Origin: Azolla caroliniana
Lineage: Eukaryota; Plantae; Polypodiophyta
NCBI GenBank assembly: GCA_043228905.1
Contig: JBHGNT010000036.1
Coordinates: forward strand, 62,001 to 126,000
Reading direction: 5' to 3'
DNA: 64,000 nucleotides
In this document: piece by piece, positions 24,315 to 37,000 of the stretch
How the letters are laid out: every line of letters begins with the position of its first letter
How positions within the stretch are numbered: position 1 is the first letter of the stretch
Notes under the pieces: model-generated
Told to the model about the DNA's origin: nothing
Database searches by the model: none
What the model saw: only the letters and a program-made list of their open reading frames with translations
Program-made: the position numbers and the translations under genes

Positions 24315-25478
24315 TTTGTGATAGTCGAAACGTGTAATACATTCATCAGCTTTCACTTTTGTCCGACATGGCTTAAAGGGACTTCTCCGACATGCACAAT
24401 CGGGTGAGTGGTGTTGTCTCCGATTTCGACAATCCCCGGTTGTTCCGGCTTCTCCGATAAAAGAGAACCACTCTTCATGGCTCATCATATGGTTGGATGC
24501 TTCGGAATCAACGTACCATACTTCCTCCGATTTGGAAGTAGTCTTCTTTATCGAGTTAGCCTTGTGCTTCATCACGAAAGCCGGCCCTTTACCGGTCTTC
24601 CTGGTTCTGGATCCTTCTCATCCTTCTGCATAGTGAGAGCTTTCCCGGTTTTCCTGACCGGCTTTGCCGTATCCGGATTTGTTCAAATCGGCGCGCTTCT
24701 TCTAGCACTCGCTTTCCCTGTGGCCTTTCTTGCCACAATACCAGCATTGCGTGTCAGCCCTTCCTTGCCAATTCCCGACGCCGCTTTAACTCCCCCTCCT
24801 TGTGGAGGTTCCAGAACTACTGTCGGCATTATCTCTGTGCCTTCAGTCCTGCTCTTGCCGGCCACCTCCATTGTGCACCGACCCACCTCGTCCTCCACGT
24901 CCACGGGGCCGATCCAACTCCGTGTACAACATCTGTTTGCCCGATTGAGTGGTCCTCGAACCATTCATGTGATTTTCTTCGACCATCAACATTGATTGTA
25001 AGTCGAAGAAGGACGGTGGCTTCTCCCGGGTGCAGATCGCCGTCCAGATTGGCCCGTACCATTGTGCTAGACCATCGTGGAAGATTTGGACCACCTCTTC
25101 TTCGTCCACCGTCACGTTGATGGACCCGAGTGCGTCACAAATCTCCTTTATTTTGGTTGTGTAGTCCGTAACCGACATGTCTCTTTGCCAGATATTGTTC
25201 AGCTCTTGCCGGAGCTACAACTTATGGGCTGTGGTACTCGTAGTGAAAATCTTCCTCAGATTTCCCCAGGCCTCCTTCGACGTTTTTGCATCCTTTATGT
25301 AGCCGAGCATCTGATCGTGCACACAGGACACGAGGTAGTACAATACTCGGCTCGCTACTTGCTCCCATACCAGGAAGTCCTCGTGTGCCGGCTCCGGCGC
25401 TACCTCCTTCGTTCCTTCCACAAAGCTCCAATATCCATGCCCCAGCAAGCACTAGTGCATCTTGTATGACCAGGACGT

Positions 25479-28400
25479 TGTCACGAAGATTCGCGCATGC
25501 GTGTGCTACTCGAGCGACCACCGGGGTCTTGGACTAGGGAGGATGTTCGCAGAATTATTGAAGAGATGACGATCAATGTAAGATTAGATGAAATTTGTTC
25601 ACTTGAGAAGAAGAAAGATTGTACACTTGAGAAGTAGAAAAATATGAAGAAGATAAAGACAAATATAATTATATTGATGATAATGGTGTTGGTGATATCA
25701 CATATTGAGCCCCCCTTACACAAGCCTAACTAGAGGCTTTTATAGGTCTTTCCATGCTTGTGATATGCACAAAACCATGGGCGAAAACCATGGTTTTGTG
25801 CACACAGTTTTGCTTATGTCATGCACAAACCATGGGTTTAGAACCATGGTTTTGTGCACATGGTTTTCTAATGGTTGTTTCATCTATAATTCATATATGA
25901 AAAGTGAATACATAAAATCTACACTATATGATAGTTGTCCTAGTGGTAAGGCAATTATCTTGTATCTTAGAGGTGCAAGGTTCAAACCTTGCTTGCACCC
26001 CTCTGTATGAACTCAAGTGCCACTAGGCCTTAGGCTTATTTGCTAAGTATATGTGCAATGTTGCACATCCTTGGTTTATTCGTCTCACTCGGTTTCACAC
26101 CGTAGCCGAAAATTGTCACGACATCCACCCCCACCAAACATGCACATCCTCCGGTATGTGCCGAGAAAGGTGAAGAGGTGAGATCTTTGGCAATGGTGAT
26201 CAATTGAGTTCCTCCGCACGCTCGTCGACCTTGTCTGACTTCGTCTTTCACTTCGAGTATGCCCAATCTTTCCAACCGAACCACCGTAGCCACCCGATCC
26301 ACCATATCTGGCGCTCACACCTTCTTCCCCGGTCGGTTGTAGTAGATCTACCGAACGATGTCGTCGATCCGACTGCTCTTCCTTCGTCCACCGCGCGTGT
26401 CCTTCAATTGGACTCTTGGCCACTCCTCGCGCTCACCGTCTTCAAGTGGGTGTTGTGGATCGTTCGTGTCCATCTCCGATTATGCCAGGTTTGCCCTTGT
26501 TCGGATCGGTCTCCACCGATCGCTTCTTGGCTCTGTTGGCCTTCGTCTGCATTCGCATTTCCCCGAGTCGGGCTCGACCGATTGATTCTGGTTGGGTCGG
26601 CCCCCTTTTGGATCGGAATCGTCCGATCGATTTTCGTCGAATCAGGTTTTGGCCGGGTCGGCCCTGGTCGATCGGCTCCCATGTGGATCTTCCTTCGTTC
26701 AAGCCGGAATCCCAGCTGGATCATCTTCCGGTTCAATTGGTTCTCGACTCTTCCTTCCTTCCCGCATGTAGCCTCTCCATCGAACTCAACCGCAGCTTCA
26801 TCCTTGGCCTCCTCATCGGCCACATCCTTCCCTCCGTGTATGCTCGCCTCGAGCCATATTGTCTCCTCTCCACCACCTCCTTTATCTTCGGTCTTATGTT
26901 GACACACAGTCACGACGGCCGAAGTCTTCGGAACCAGTGTGAAGGAATCCCTTCGTTCATGCACATTTACCTTGTCTTCCTCATTGCCCTTCCGGTCGTC
27001 CGCTTTTCCATCCACACATTTCGTCTCTCCGGTCTCACGTTGGCGCACGTGCACAACCGTCGAAGTCTCTAGAATAGGTATGGGGATATCCTTTCTTCCT
27101 TAATCTTCTTCCTCCTTGTGTTGGGCCTTCGTCTTCTCGTCACCACCTTCCGTCTCTCCGGTCTCACGTTGGTACACGGGCGCAACCGCCGAAGTCTCTG
27201 GAACAAGTGTGGAGAAAGTCTTGACATGGCTATCCGTTGTCGACTTGTCCATAGTCACCTCCGACTCGATGTCATTTGTCATAGCTACCTCCTCAATCTC
27301 TTCAGACTCAAACACTTTATCTCCCTCAATCATGCAAGCTTTTCTCATGCTTGCACCTTCATCACCCAATGTTTTGTACACAATGCGTGTTCCGAAACAT
27401 TTATCCTCCCTCGAAGTAGCATTCGCCGTCCTCGAGTCATCGGCCTCCTCCTTGGCCGTCATTTCTTCGTAAGACAAGAAGGTGACTTGTTTCGCACCTT
27501 CTCTCTCGGTACCATCATACCGAACCTGAGCCTTTGTATCGGCCACTTCATTAACCTGCATTTGTTGGGAGGTCTCTTCTTCCTCGATCACCATTCGCCT
27601 CGGTTTTGTCTCCCTTTTAAGATTCATTTCTTTTGTTGGTGGCGCGTTGTTGCATCTCGTCCCTCTTCGATCGTCCCTCATGGGCCATCTTGTTGTCGTC
27701 GATATTCTCGCTTGCCCCTTATCGTGTAGTCGGCATACACTTTCCACTTTGCTCCAATCCTCGATGAGGCCATTTGCACTGTCATCTTCTTCGAGTTTGA
27801 GGCCGATGGCCATCCTTTCCATTCGATCGATTGACTTCACGAACATAAGGACCTTATCGACCCCCACCAATCTTTGTTCCCGCTCCGAGAGTTGAGAAAA
27901 ACAATGTTCGAAGTCTACGAATGCTTGTGTCACGCCTTGGTGGGTCTTCGCCGATGTCACCCATTGGTCGAAGTTGCGTCGATCTTGTCCCTTTAGTCTC
28001 TCATAGCCATATTCCTCCAATAGAGCCTTCTCGAAAGTCGCCCACAAATCATGAGCTTCTAGAAGCTCTTTTACATCTTTGAAGATCGGTTGAGACACCA
28101 CCCGACAAAAGTATTCCAACCTCATAGCTTCATCTACACCTCTTGAATCCATCTCCGCATTGTAGACTTTTAGGAAACTTTGGACTTTAGCGCCGTTGAA
28201 GTAGCTCACTCGCTCGACTACCCAATCGACGACTTGTTGGGCTTTCATCTTTTCCCTTCTCTCAGAAACTCCATCATCCTTTTTGACATTGCCTCCATGA
28301 GATATTCGCCATCCATCTTCATCCTCCACTGCTGCTCTTCACGTCGGGTTCACCAAATGATGTCGCGAAGATTCGCACGTGCGTGTGCTACTCGAGCGAC

Positions 28401-29004
28401 CACCGGGGTCTTGGACTAGGGAGGATGTTCGCAGAATTATTGAAGAGATGACGATCAATGTAAGATTAGATGAAATTTGTTCACTTGAGAAGAAGAAAGA
28501 TTGTACACTTGAGAAGTAGAAAAATATGAAGAAGATAAAACAAATATAATTAAATTGATGATAGTTGTGTTGGTGATATCACATATTGAGCCCCCCTTAC
28601 ACAAGCGCAAGTAGAGGCTTTTATAGGTCTTTCCATGCTTGTGATATGCACAAAACCATGGGCTAAAACCATGGTTTTGTGCACACGGTTTTGCTTACGT
28701 CATGCACAAACCATGGGTTTAGAACCATGGTTTTGTGCACATGGTTTTCTAATGGTTGTTTCATCTATAATTCATACATGAAAAGTAAATACATAAAATC
28801 TACACTATATGATAGTTGTCCTAGTGGTAAGGCAATTATCTTGTATCTTAGAGGTGCAAGGTTTAAACCTTGCTTGCACCCCTCTGTATGAACTCAAGTG
28901 CCACTAGGCCTTAGGCTTATTTGCTAAGTGTATGTGCAATGTTGCACATCCTTGGTTTATTCGTCTCACTCGGTTTCACACCGTAGCCGAAAATCGTCAC
29001 GACA
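25479..29004 (-). mobile_element. Non-autonomous gag-only gypsy-type LTR element (TR-GAG-like)
   Basis: Similar ~645-bp LTRs 25479-26123 and 28361-29004; 4-bp TSD acgt/acgc; PBS tggtgaacccgacgtg (tRNA-Trp-like 3' end); purine tract next to 26123; no pol. Confidence 0.88.
27100..28329 (-). CDS. Retrotransposon Gag-like protein (409 aa)
   Basis: YFNGAKVQSFLKVYNAEM..RGVDE..RL resembles the gag at 14611-15246; acidic low-complexity tail. Confidence 0.75.
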   Translation of the reverse strand: MEDEDGWRISHGGNVKKDDGVSERREKMKAQQVVDWVVERVSYFNGAKVQSFLKVYNAEMDSRGVDEAMRLEYFCRVVSQPIFKDVKELLEAHDLWATFEKALLEEYGYERLKGQDRRNFDQWVTSAKTHQGVTQAFVDFEHCFSQLSEREQRLVGVDKVLMFVKSIDRMERMAIGLKLEEDDSANGLIEDWSKVESVCRLHDKGQARISTTTRWPMRDDRRGTRCNNAPPTKEMNLKRETKPRRMVIEEEETSQQMQVNEVADTKAQVRYDGTEREGAKQVTFLSYEEMTAKEEADDSRTANATSREDKCFGTRIVYKTLGDEGASMRKACMIEGDKVFESEEIEEVAMTNDIESEVTMDKSTTDSHVKTFSTLVPETSAVAPVYQRETGETEGGDEKTKAQHKEEED

Positions 29005-29597
29005 ACGCGTAGTTGCTCTGGTCAAGCTTCTCTGTTGGAAGTGAGCTCACCATTCCTCTGTCCATATCTTCTCTCTGTATGTTGTTACCAGGTTCTAGGG
29101 TTCGTCTACAAAATCAAGTGTCGGCTGTAGAGGTTCTCAACCCTCACGCTCTGATACCATGTTAATGTTAAGGTGCGGAAGCGTTAGACAGAACCGGCTT
29201 AGCCTGATAGCAATAGAGAATAAGATGAAGGTTTAATGGAGAAGCTTAATACACAGAGAGTATACGCGGGAGAGACAGAGAGAGCAGAACGTAAACGTAT
29301 ATTAAAAAATACTCTGTAAACTTTGTACATACAACGTGCTAAACAACACTATTTATACAAGTCCTCAAAAGGACTGACAGAAGTACTATGTACTTCAATG
29401 CTCATACGAGCGACTGACACTAACTACGAGACAATGATTACCTAATATTCTAGGATACTACTAGGCTTCCGGTTCGTACTCAAATCCGGCTCTTTGAGCC
29501 GGTTGGTTGTTTCCGGATACTGATCCGGCTCAAGCTTATTCAACCGATCCAAATCTGGTTGAGCTTGCTCGCTCAACAACAATAATACAATTACATT

Positions 29598-29920
29598 GTT
29601 GTGCCCTCCTTGGCGTCTCCTTCCCTACTGATGCTTTCTTCATCTTGTTGTCTTATGTTGTTAATCGTTCTTAATCTGTTATTTGATATCTTCCTGAAAG
29701 ATTCTTATCTATTAGAGTGTTGGTTTTGTTCCACATCTATCCGACAGCCTCCAACATCTGGTATCAGAGCTTGGTTTTCTTACATCTTGCCATCGGCTGT
29801 CTCTTTGTCTTCATAACACTTCCTCCTAGGTACCTTCTGAAGATCTTTCTGAAAACTTCCCTTAAAACAGATTCTGAGACTTCAGTCCAACTGAAATCTT
29901 ATGTTAGGCAACCCGCTTAA
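29598..29920 (+). mobile_element. Old LTR-retrotransposon 5' fragment (LTR end + PBS)
   Basis: ...ccaaca (29756) followed by the tRNA-iMet PBS tggtatcagagc (29759-29770). Confidence 0.55.
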
Positions 29921-30213
29921 GAAGCAACACTTGAAAAAATATATGCACTCCACTGAGCTAGATCGCCCTTGAAGTTGGCCATCTGGTTGTACTTTGTCTC
30001 TATGATTGTAGCCGCTCGGAGTGGGATTCTTTCATCTGATTGGCCTCACTCATGCTTGATTCGGTTAGGTGAAAATCGATCAGGTCATCTGACATTGTTC
30101 ACACACTTGTCGTAACTGTTACGAAGGCGCTACGACTCTTCTTAGTGCACAACGGATCGTGATGTGCTGGATCGTTAATGTGTTCAAGAGAGAACGACGA
30201 GGGAGGAAGGAGA

Positions 30214-30525
30214 CCTCATATAGAGCATAGATGGCCCAAATCATGTCATTTCGTATCTCCAAGCTTCTAAGCCTATCAAACAACCGCTCCCTAGGGACTG
30301 TGTCAAAGGCTTTGTAGAAGTCCACAGAGCAACAATATCGTTTCTTCTCGCGAGCCTTCGTCTGGTCAATCAAGCATCTAAGCGTGAAGATATGGTCAAT
30401 AGTGGAGAAGGCTTGTCAAAAGCCAGTCTGCTCAGGTGCTTGAAGGCTTCAGGTCTCCATATAATCGCTCAACTCAGCTTCCATTACTGCACCATATAGT
30501 TTAGCGAGCATGTGACCTATCATGA
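30214..30525 (-). mobile_element. LINE reverse transcriptase fragment
   Basis: EQTGF...FSTIDHIFTLRCLIDQ...CCSVDFYKAFDTVPRERL, the non-LTR RT domain 2-3 motifs. Confidence 0.85.
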
Positions 30526-30637
30526 TTATGTATGTGAGTCCATTGGGTCCCCTCCTTTATGTACAAGGGCCACTTCCTATATTGTAATTTCTTCGTCTTG
30601 TCTTTGTGGGTGTTTGTTCAGTTTTTTATCCCCTGCA

Positions 30638-31099
30638 ATGGCGATGGTGGATGGAGGAAGTGCAGGTGCAGGTGGTGGAGGAGGAGAAACAGAGCTTACT
30701 GGAATTTGTTTAAATTCCATACCAAATCAATAGCCTTTCTCTTAGGTTTATGTTGTAAACTTGAGGAATTTGTGGTCTCCTGCGAGAGAATGGTTTGGAT
30801 CTTGTCATCCATGTTCCTTATACGTGTCTTGGAGACTAATGATGAATCTCATTGCTACCTGTGTCTGTTGGTAGAGGAGATAGAAAACTACTAATGTTGT
30901 TGTATTAATGTATGATCCCAACAGGAAAATGACAGGAATGGAGTACATTCTATACGAAGTACAAGAGCCAAATTTCTTCGTATTTAGAAAGCAGGAAAGG
31001 GAGAGTCCTGAAAAGGTGACACCTACATTTGCATACTACATTTTAGATAGGTCAATCTATCAAGCCCTGAACATACACAATGTGATCGGCTCAAGGGTG
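30638..31099 (+). pseudogene. MED6: Mediator subunit 6 fragments (N-terminal start and internal exon 30925-31099)
   Basis: MAMVDGG...ETELTGIC and an AG/GT-bounded exon [47 protein letters not shown], matching remembered plant MED6. The intervening conserved coding sequence is absent. Confidence 0.8.
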
Positions 31100-31248
31100 G
31101 TATGTATGCTACTGCTTGCATTCTAGTTCTTTTACATCATAACCTTCACCTTAGATCTAGTCGATTAGATCTAGCTTTTATGTATTGAGTTTAATACCCA
31201 TGATTTTTCCTTGTTAGTTCAACAAATCATGAGCCACTCCTTTATGTT

Positions 31249-33582
31249 AGTGAACAAAATCAAGTAAGTACACACACAAATAGATGTGTCTATTTTTTGT
31301 GAATGAATATGCAAAGGTGAAAGAGTAGGTGGAGGAAGGAACAAAACATAAAGACGGAAACTAAATAGATTAATTAGTATGGATGAACACACATGAACGA
31401 TAGATCTTATTAGCAATATGTTTTTCAAGCTACAATAGAATCCTAACTCACACAAGTCACTCAAGCTACTAGAGAGCTTGTATATATCATATAGGAACTC
31501 AATATAAAGCATACATTGATTGTATCAAAAACTCTAACCAACAAACTGGTAGCAAATATTGCTATCTGAAATAACAACCAGAAAGAACTAAGGTATGCCT
31601 ATGACCTAGAAGGGGGATTCACTATGGATGCACAGAGAGCATTTGCAAGGCTCTGCCTTTTTCGTCTTCATAAACCGCCCTTTTACACCTTTTATGCAAC
31701 TTGGACAAAAAGAAAAGGGAGAAAGAAAAGCTAATTGAGGGCTATGATTTAGGGAAGAGAGGAGATTTAGAATCTACGGTGGCACACCTTTAATTTCGGG
31801 ATGTAAGCATCATCCACAACAAAAAGGTTCTTCAATCCCCCCCACGTGGAGGATGCTCAAGCATGTTGCGAGAGCTTATTTCCAACATGTCTCTACATTT
31901 CTTAAAGTTGTGTGTATCCAATGGCTTTGTAAGAATGTCTGCAACCATATCTATGCTTGAACAATGTTCTAGTATGATGTCCCTTTGCTCAATGATATCC
32001 TTCACAAAATGATACTTGATATCCACATGTTTCGCATGCTTTGTACTTCCTAAATTTGTGGCCATAAATATCATTGAGTGTTGGAATGGGTTTATTTACA
32101 TGTAGACCGGATTCGTTGATTAGGTTAGATGCCCATAAAACTTCTTTGGTTCCATATGCCAATGCCATATATTCTACCTCTGTTGTTGATAATGCCACAC
32201 TATTTTGTTTTTTGCTTCCCCATAGAGCTACCACGTTGCCAATAAAAATACAATAGCCAGAAATAGATTTTCGATCGGTGGGATCACTTGCCTAATCAGC
32301 ATCCACATGCAATCTCATATCTAAGGAACTAGCTTGAAATGTAAGTCCCAAGTCACTTGTCCCTTTTAAATATTTTAAGATTTGTTTTGCAGCTTTCCAA
32401 TGAGTAATGCTAGTGTTCTCTAAGAATTGACTTAGTTTATTAGTTGCAAATGAAATATCCGGTCTTGTACAAATACTAGCATACATAAGAGAACCAATTA
32501 ATGACCTGTATGGAAAATTTATTGTATCACCTTTGTTATGAAGATTTGAAAGCTGTGGCAGTCCTTCCATAGGTGTGCTTGTTGGATAACAACTTGCCAT
32601 ATGAAACCTTTCCAATATTTGTGAAATGTATCCTTGTTGGGAGAAGTGAATAGCTCTTTTATCTTGATTGTATAAAATGCCAGTCCCTAAGCAAAAGGAG
32701 ATAGCACCCATATCTTCCATGTCAAATTCTACATTCAAGATGTCTTTCAAATATTGGGTGGTTGAAAATGTATTGGCCATGATGATTATATCATCAACAT
32801 ATACTGCAACAATAATATGTTTTTCATTCTTACAAAGAACATAGATGCTTTGATCCGATTTGCATCAGGTAAAATTATTTCGTGTATAATCATTTGTGAC
32901 AACATATAAGCATCTTGCTCCTCCTATTGATGGCACGTGCATTGGTCCACAAAGATCCATATGGACTAATTCAAGAGGCCTACTAGCTAAAATTCCCCTT
33001 TTTCTATTAAATGATTGTCGAGTAAACTTGCCTAGCTAACAACTCTCACATAAGTATTGTTGACTTGGAGAATTTCTTTGTTTGAGATATTAATGTCCCT
33101 TACTTTGCTAAGTTTGTCAAAATTGACATGCCCGAATCTTTTATGCCATTGTAAGGCTTTCTTCCCAAAATCTTCGGCAACAATATTTGCTGAATGATGA
33201 TGAATGTTTACATCTAATCTATATAATCCATGCTTCTTTTTTGCTTCAAAAAGAAGCATGTTTCCTCTCCATAATTCACATAATCCTTTTGAAAAAACAA
33301 CCTTTATACCAGTTATATCTAGTGCATCAACAGACAATAGATTTTTCTTTATGAGAGGAACATGCAATACATTATGAATGATTCCTTCTCTAATCTTCAC
33401 ATTTCCTATTGCAATGGCCATTATGTGTGCACCATTTTCCAAAAATATTGGGCGAGTATTATCGAAAACATGATATTCTGTGAAAAATTCTTTGTTTTTA
33501 CACATATGAGTTGATGCAACCGAATTTACATACCAAGTTAGTATATTTGTATTGTGATTGCTTCATCATCTTCAATGTCACG
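31249..33582 (-). mobile_element. Ty1/copia (half-tRNA-primed family), 3' copy with internal deletion
   Basis: End-truncated LTR 31249-31834, PPT, RH (ADILTKPL) and RT (TRPDI). A deletion at ~32881 joins RT to the INT N-terminus and PR. Confidence 0.88.
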
Positions 33583-34036
33583 TGTAAAGAATCAAGAGAT
33601 GGATTCTTGTGAAGCGGAAGAGATGTGAGTTATGTGTGTGTGTAAGAGAGAGAGAGAGAGTGAAACATAGAGAATACGCAAGGTAAAAGTATATTGACAA
33701 AGGAGAAAGACTCAACATTTTACAAGGTGGGAGGAGGGTGCTTTATGTAGTCACCCTCTCTCTTCATTAACTACAAGACTCATGGAGCATGGGGAATGTG
33801 AAAGCTCATAAGTTATGTGTCATAGAATATGATTCTATGACTCATACTAAATGCTAGAATACAAAGTGGTGACATAATGGTGACTCTTGACCGTTGGAGT
33901 GTCTCTTCAGTCTCAAGGTGAGTTCACACACTAGACCAAGTTGAGCTTGATTCTCAACACGCCCCCTCAAGCTCAAGTCGGGTCAGTTTCAGACGGTATC
34001 CGAAATCCGCTTCAACTCGCGTTCCGGAGTCCGCAT

Positions 34037-37000
34037 TGTTGGGATTTCGGTCCCTCCGGATGGGATGTCCGGAGATGAATGACGGCAAGCCCGGTTGCGG
34101 TTACGGAACCGGATGATGAAGAGTACCCGGCATGAAGCCGGATGAAGAGACCCCGGCTACGGAGCCGGATGCTGAAGACCCCGGCTACGGAGCCGGATGC
34201 TGAAGACCCCGGCTACGGAGCCGGATGCCGAATGTACCCGGAGAGAGATCCGGATGCGGGGACATATTTGTGAATATGTTTGCCAAGGGCCCTTGAGGCT
34301 ATATTTGTAAATAGCCCGAAAGTCATATGTGTATAAATATGACTTAGGGCAAACAGTTTGTTGTTGTTGCTCATTTTTCTGTTTTCACTTAGAGGGAGCG
34401 AAGTGAGAGCAGCCGAGAGAGAGAGTAAGAGAGAGAGAGACGAAGAGGTCGTTGCCTCTGTGTATTACCGCCGCCTGTGGCGAAGACAGTGAGCTCAAGG
34501 TTGTTGCCTTGTAGCTTCACCATTGTACATCTCTGTTTATAGTGATAGTTGGAGTTTGAGGACTCCCGTGGTTTTTTCCCATTTAGGGTTTTCCACGTAA
34601 AACATCCTGTGTACTCTTCTCTCTATTGTCCTCGTGCACTTTGTATGTCCTGTTTTCTGTGCGTTGATCCTATTCCTCGGTTGTGACCGAGCACTATGTG
34701 CAACAAATTGGTATCAGAGCAACGGTAACACAGAAAATGGAAGGCGGCGGTAGTGGGCCTCCGGGCATGATGGTGTTGAACTCACAGAACTACGCCGACT
34801 AGAAGATAAAGATGGAAGACCTTCTCATCGTCCGAGACCTGTACGAACCGATCGACAATGCCGAGATACCCAAGGGAGTAATAGAGTCGGAGTGGAAGCT
34901 CCTGAACCGGAAAGCCGTAGCGACGATCCGGCAATATGTCGATGTAAGTGTCCTGCAACATGTGGCGAACGATACGAACGCCTATGAGATGTGGCAGAAG
35001 CTGTCCGGACTGTATGAGAGGAAGAATGCTCTGACCCGGACCTCCCTGATGAGGAAGATAGTGAATCTTAAGTACCGGGACGGCGAGAGCATGGTCGAAC
35101 ACGTCAGCACGTTCATGGGATTCGTGAACCAGCTTGCGGCGATCAAGTTCCCGTTGGATGACGCAATGCAAGCCATCATGCTGATGTGTACCCTTCCGGA
35201 GAGCTGGGAGAACTTGGTAGTTACACTCAACACCTCCTGTAAGGAAGAGAACTTGTCTTTACTAACGGTAAAGACAAGTATTCTAAATGAAGAAGCGCGT
35301 CGGAGAGATAAAGAACCGGCCTTCGACTCGAAGGCGCTGCTTACCGAATCGGAACGGGGAAGACAACGGAACCGAAGTCCGCAAAGACGGGAGAAGTCGG
35401 GGACACGGTCGCAGTCGAGGGGAAGACCTACATGCTTCTACTGTGGGAAGCCAGGGCACTTCCAGAAGAACTGTCGGCATTTCCGGAAAGACAACGGAAC
35501 CGACGGTACCGATTCGAAGAAGTCACCGGAGCGAAACGGTGCATACCGGGGAGCCGCGGACCGGAGAGGTACGGATCGGCGAGGGCAGGACCGGAAAGGA
35601 ACGACGGCACTCGCGGCAAGTGAAGAAGAGATAATGCTCATTACCGAAGAGAGGGAGCTGAACCTTGCCGGTGAAGAGATGACCTGGGTGGTCGATTCCG
35701 GAGCGTCGTTCCACCTGACCCCGGAGAAGAAATACTTCTCATCCTACACAGCCGGTGAGCACGGCTGTGTCCGGATGGGAAATGAAGGTACATGCCGGAT
35801 TGCCGGCATAGGAGACGTGTGGCTGATGACATCAACCGGATGCAAGATGCTGCTGAAGGATGTTCGACACGTTCCGGAGGTTCGATTGAACCTGATTTCG
35901 GCAGGGAGGCTAGACGATGAAGGCTACACGGGTAGCATCCGGAACGGTGTCATGAAGTTCAGCAAAGGGAGCCTGATAGTGGCTCGGGCCCGGAAGGTCA
36001 ACACACTGTACCTGATGAATTCCCGGCTATGTCCGGAGGAGCTGAACGTGGCAGCTGACACTACCGGTGAGCTGTGGCACAAGAGACTGTGCCACATGAG
36101 CGAGAAGGGGATGAAAAGGCTTGCCGAAGACAACCTGATACCGGTAAAGCACGTACACCTGGGGAAGTGTACCGACTGTCTGGCCGGTAAGCAAAACCGG
36201 ACCTCCTTCCACTCAAGGCCACCGACGAGACGTAGCGCACCATTGGAGTTGGTACACACTGATGTGTGTCAGGTAGAAGCGAAGTCACATGGCGGAGCTC
36301 AGTACTTCGTAACATTCATAGATGACCATAGCCGGAAGCTGTGGACGGCACCGTTGAAGACAAAGGACCAAGTATTGTCCGTCTTCAAAGAACTCCACGC
36401 GAGAGTGGAAAGAGAATCCGGCAAGAAGCTGAAAGCGATACGAGCGGATAACGGAGGGGAATACCGGGGGCAGTTCGCAGAGTACTATTGCTCGAAGGGA
36501 ATCCGGCTCGAGTTTACTGTGCCGAAGACGCCGGAACTAAACGGGCTGGCCGAGAGGATGAACCGGACCATAATGGAGAGGGTCCGGAGTATGCTGGCGC
36601 ATGCGAAATTACCCAAGGGGTTTTGGGCTGAGGCAATGTCGACGGCGACATACGTGATAAACAGATCACCCTCAGTACCTTTGGACGGAGACACGCCGCA
36701 GAGAGTGTGGACCGGTAGGGAAGTATCCTACCGGCATCTGAAGGTGTTCGGGTGTCTCGCATACGTGCATGTGGCAAAGGACCGGAGAGGAAAGTTAGAT
36801 CCAAAGACCCGGCCATGCATATTCCTCGGTTACGGCGACGACGAGTTCGGCTACCGAGTATGGGACCCGGTCGACAAAAGGATATTCCGGAGTCGCGATA
36901 TCATCTTCATGGAGGACAAGACACTCGCCGACTGGGAGTCGGAGAAGAAGATGAAGAGCTCCAAGTCGACCGGTGAGGATCAACTCTATGAGGAGCAGTC

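Larger units (their letters stand above)
16788..29578 (-). mobile_element. Ty1/copia element A (outer), hosting nested insertions
   Basis: LTRs 16788-17220 and 29160-29578; TSD gcaat/acaat; tRNA-iMet PBS (gctctgatacca 29148-29159); PPT next to 17220. Gag/PR lie at 24315-25478 and RT/RH at 17221-18792. Confidence 0.92.

Noticed and set aside
26204-27072. Long overlapping ORFs on both strands in the gag-only element
   Set aside because: GC-rich, partly duplicated from the gag tail, and no domain recognised.
34120-34260. Regularly repeated units resembling a CRISPR array
   Set aside because: Head-to-tail repeats without unique spacers, inside a copia LTR.
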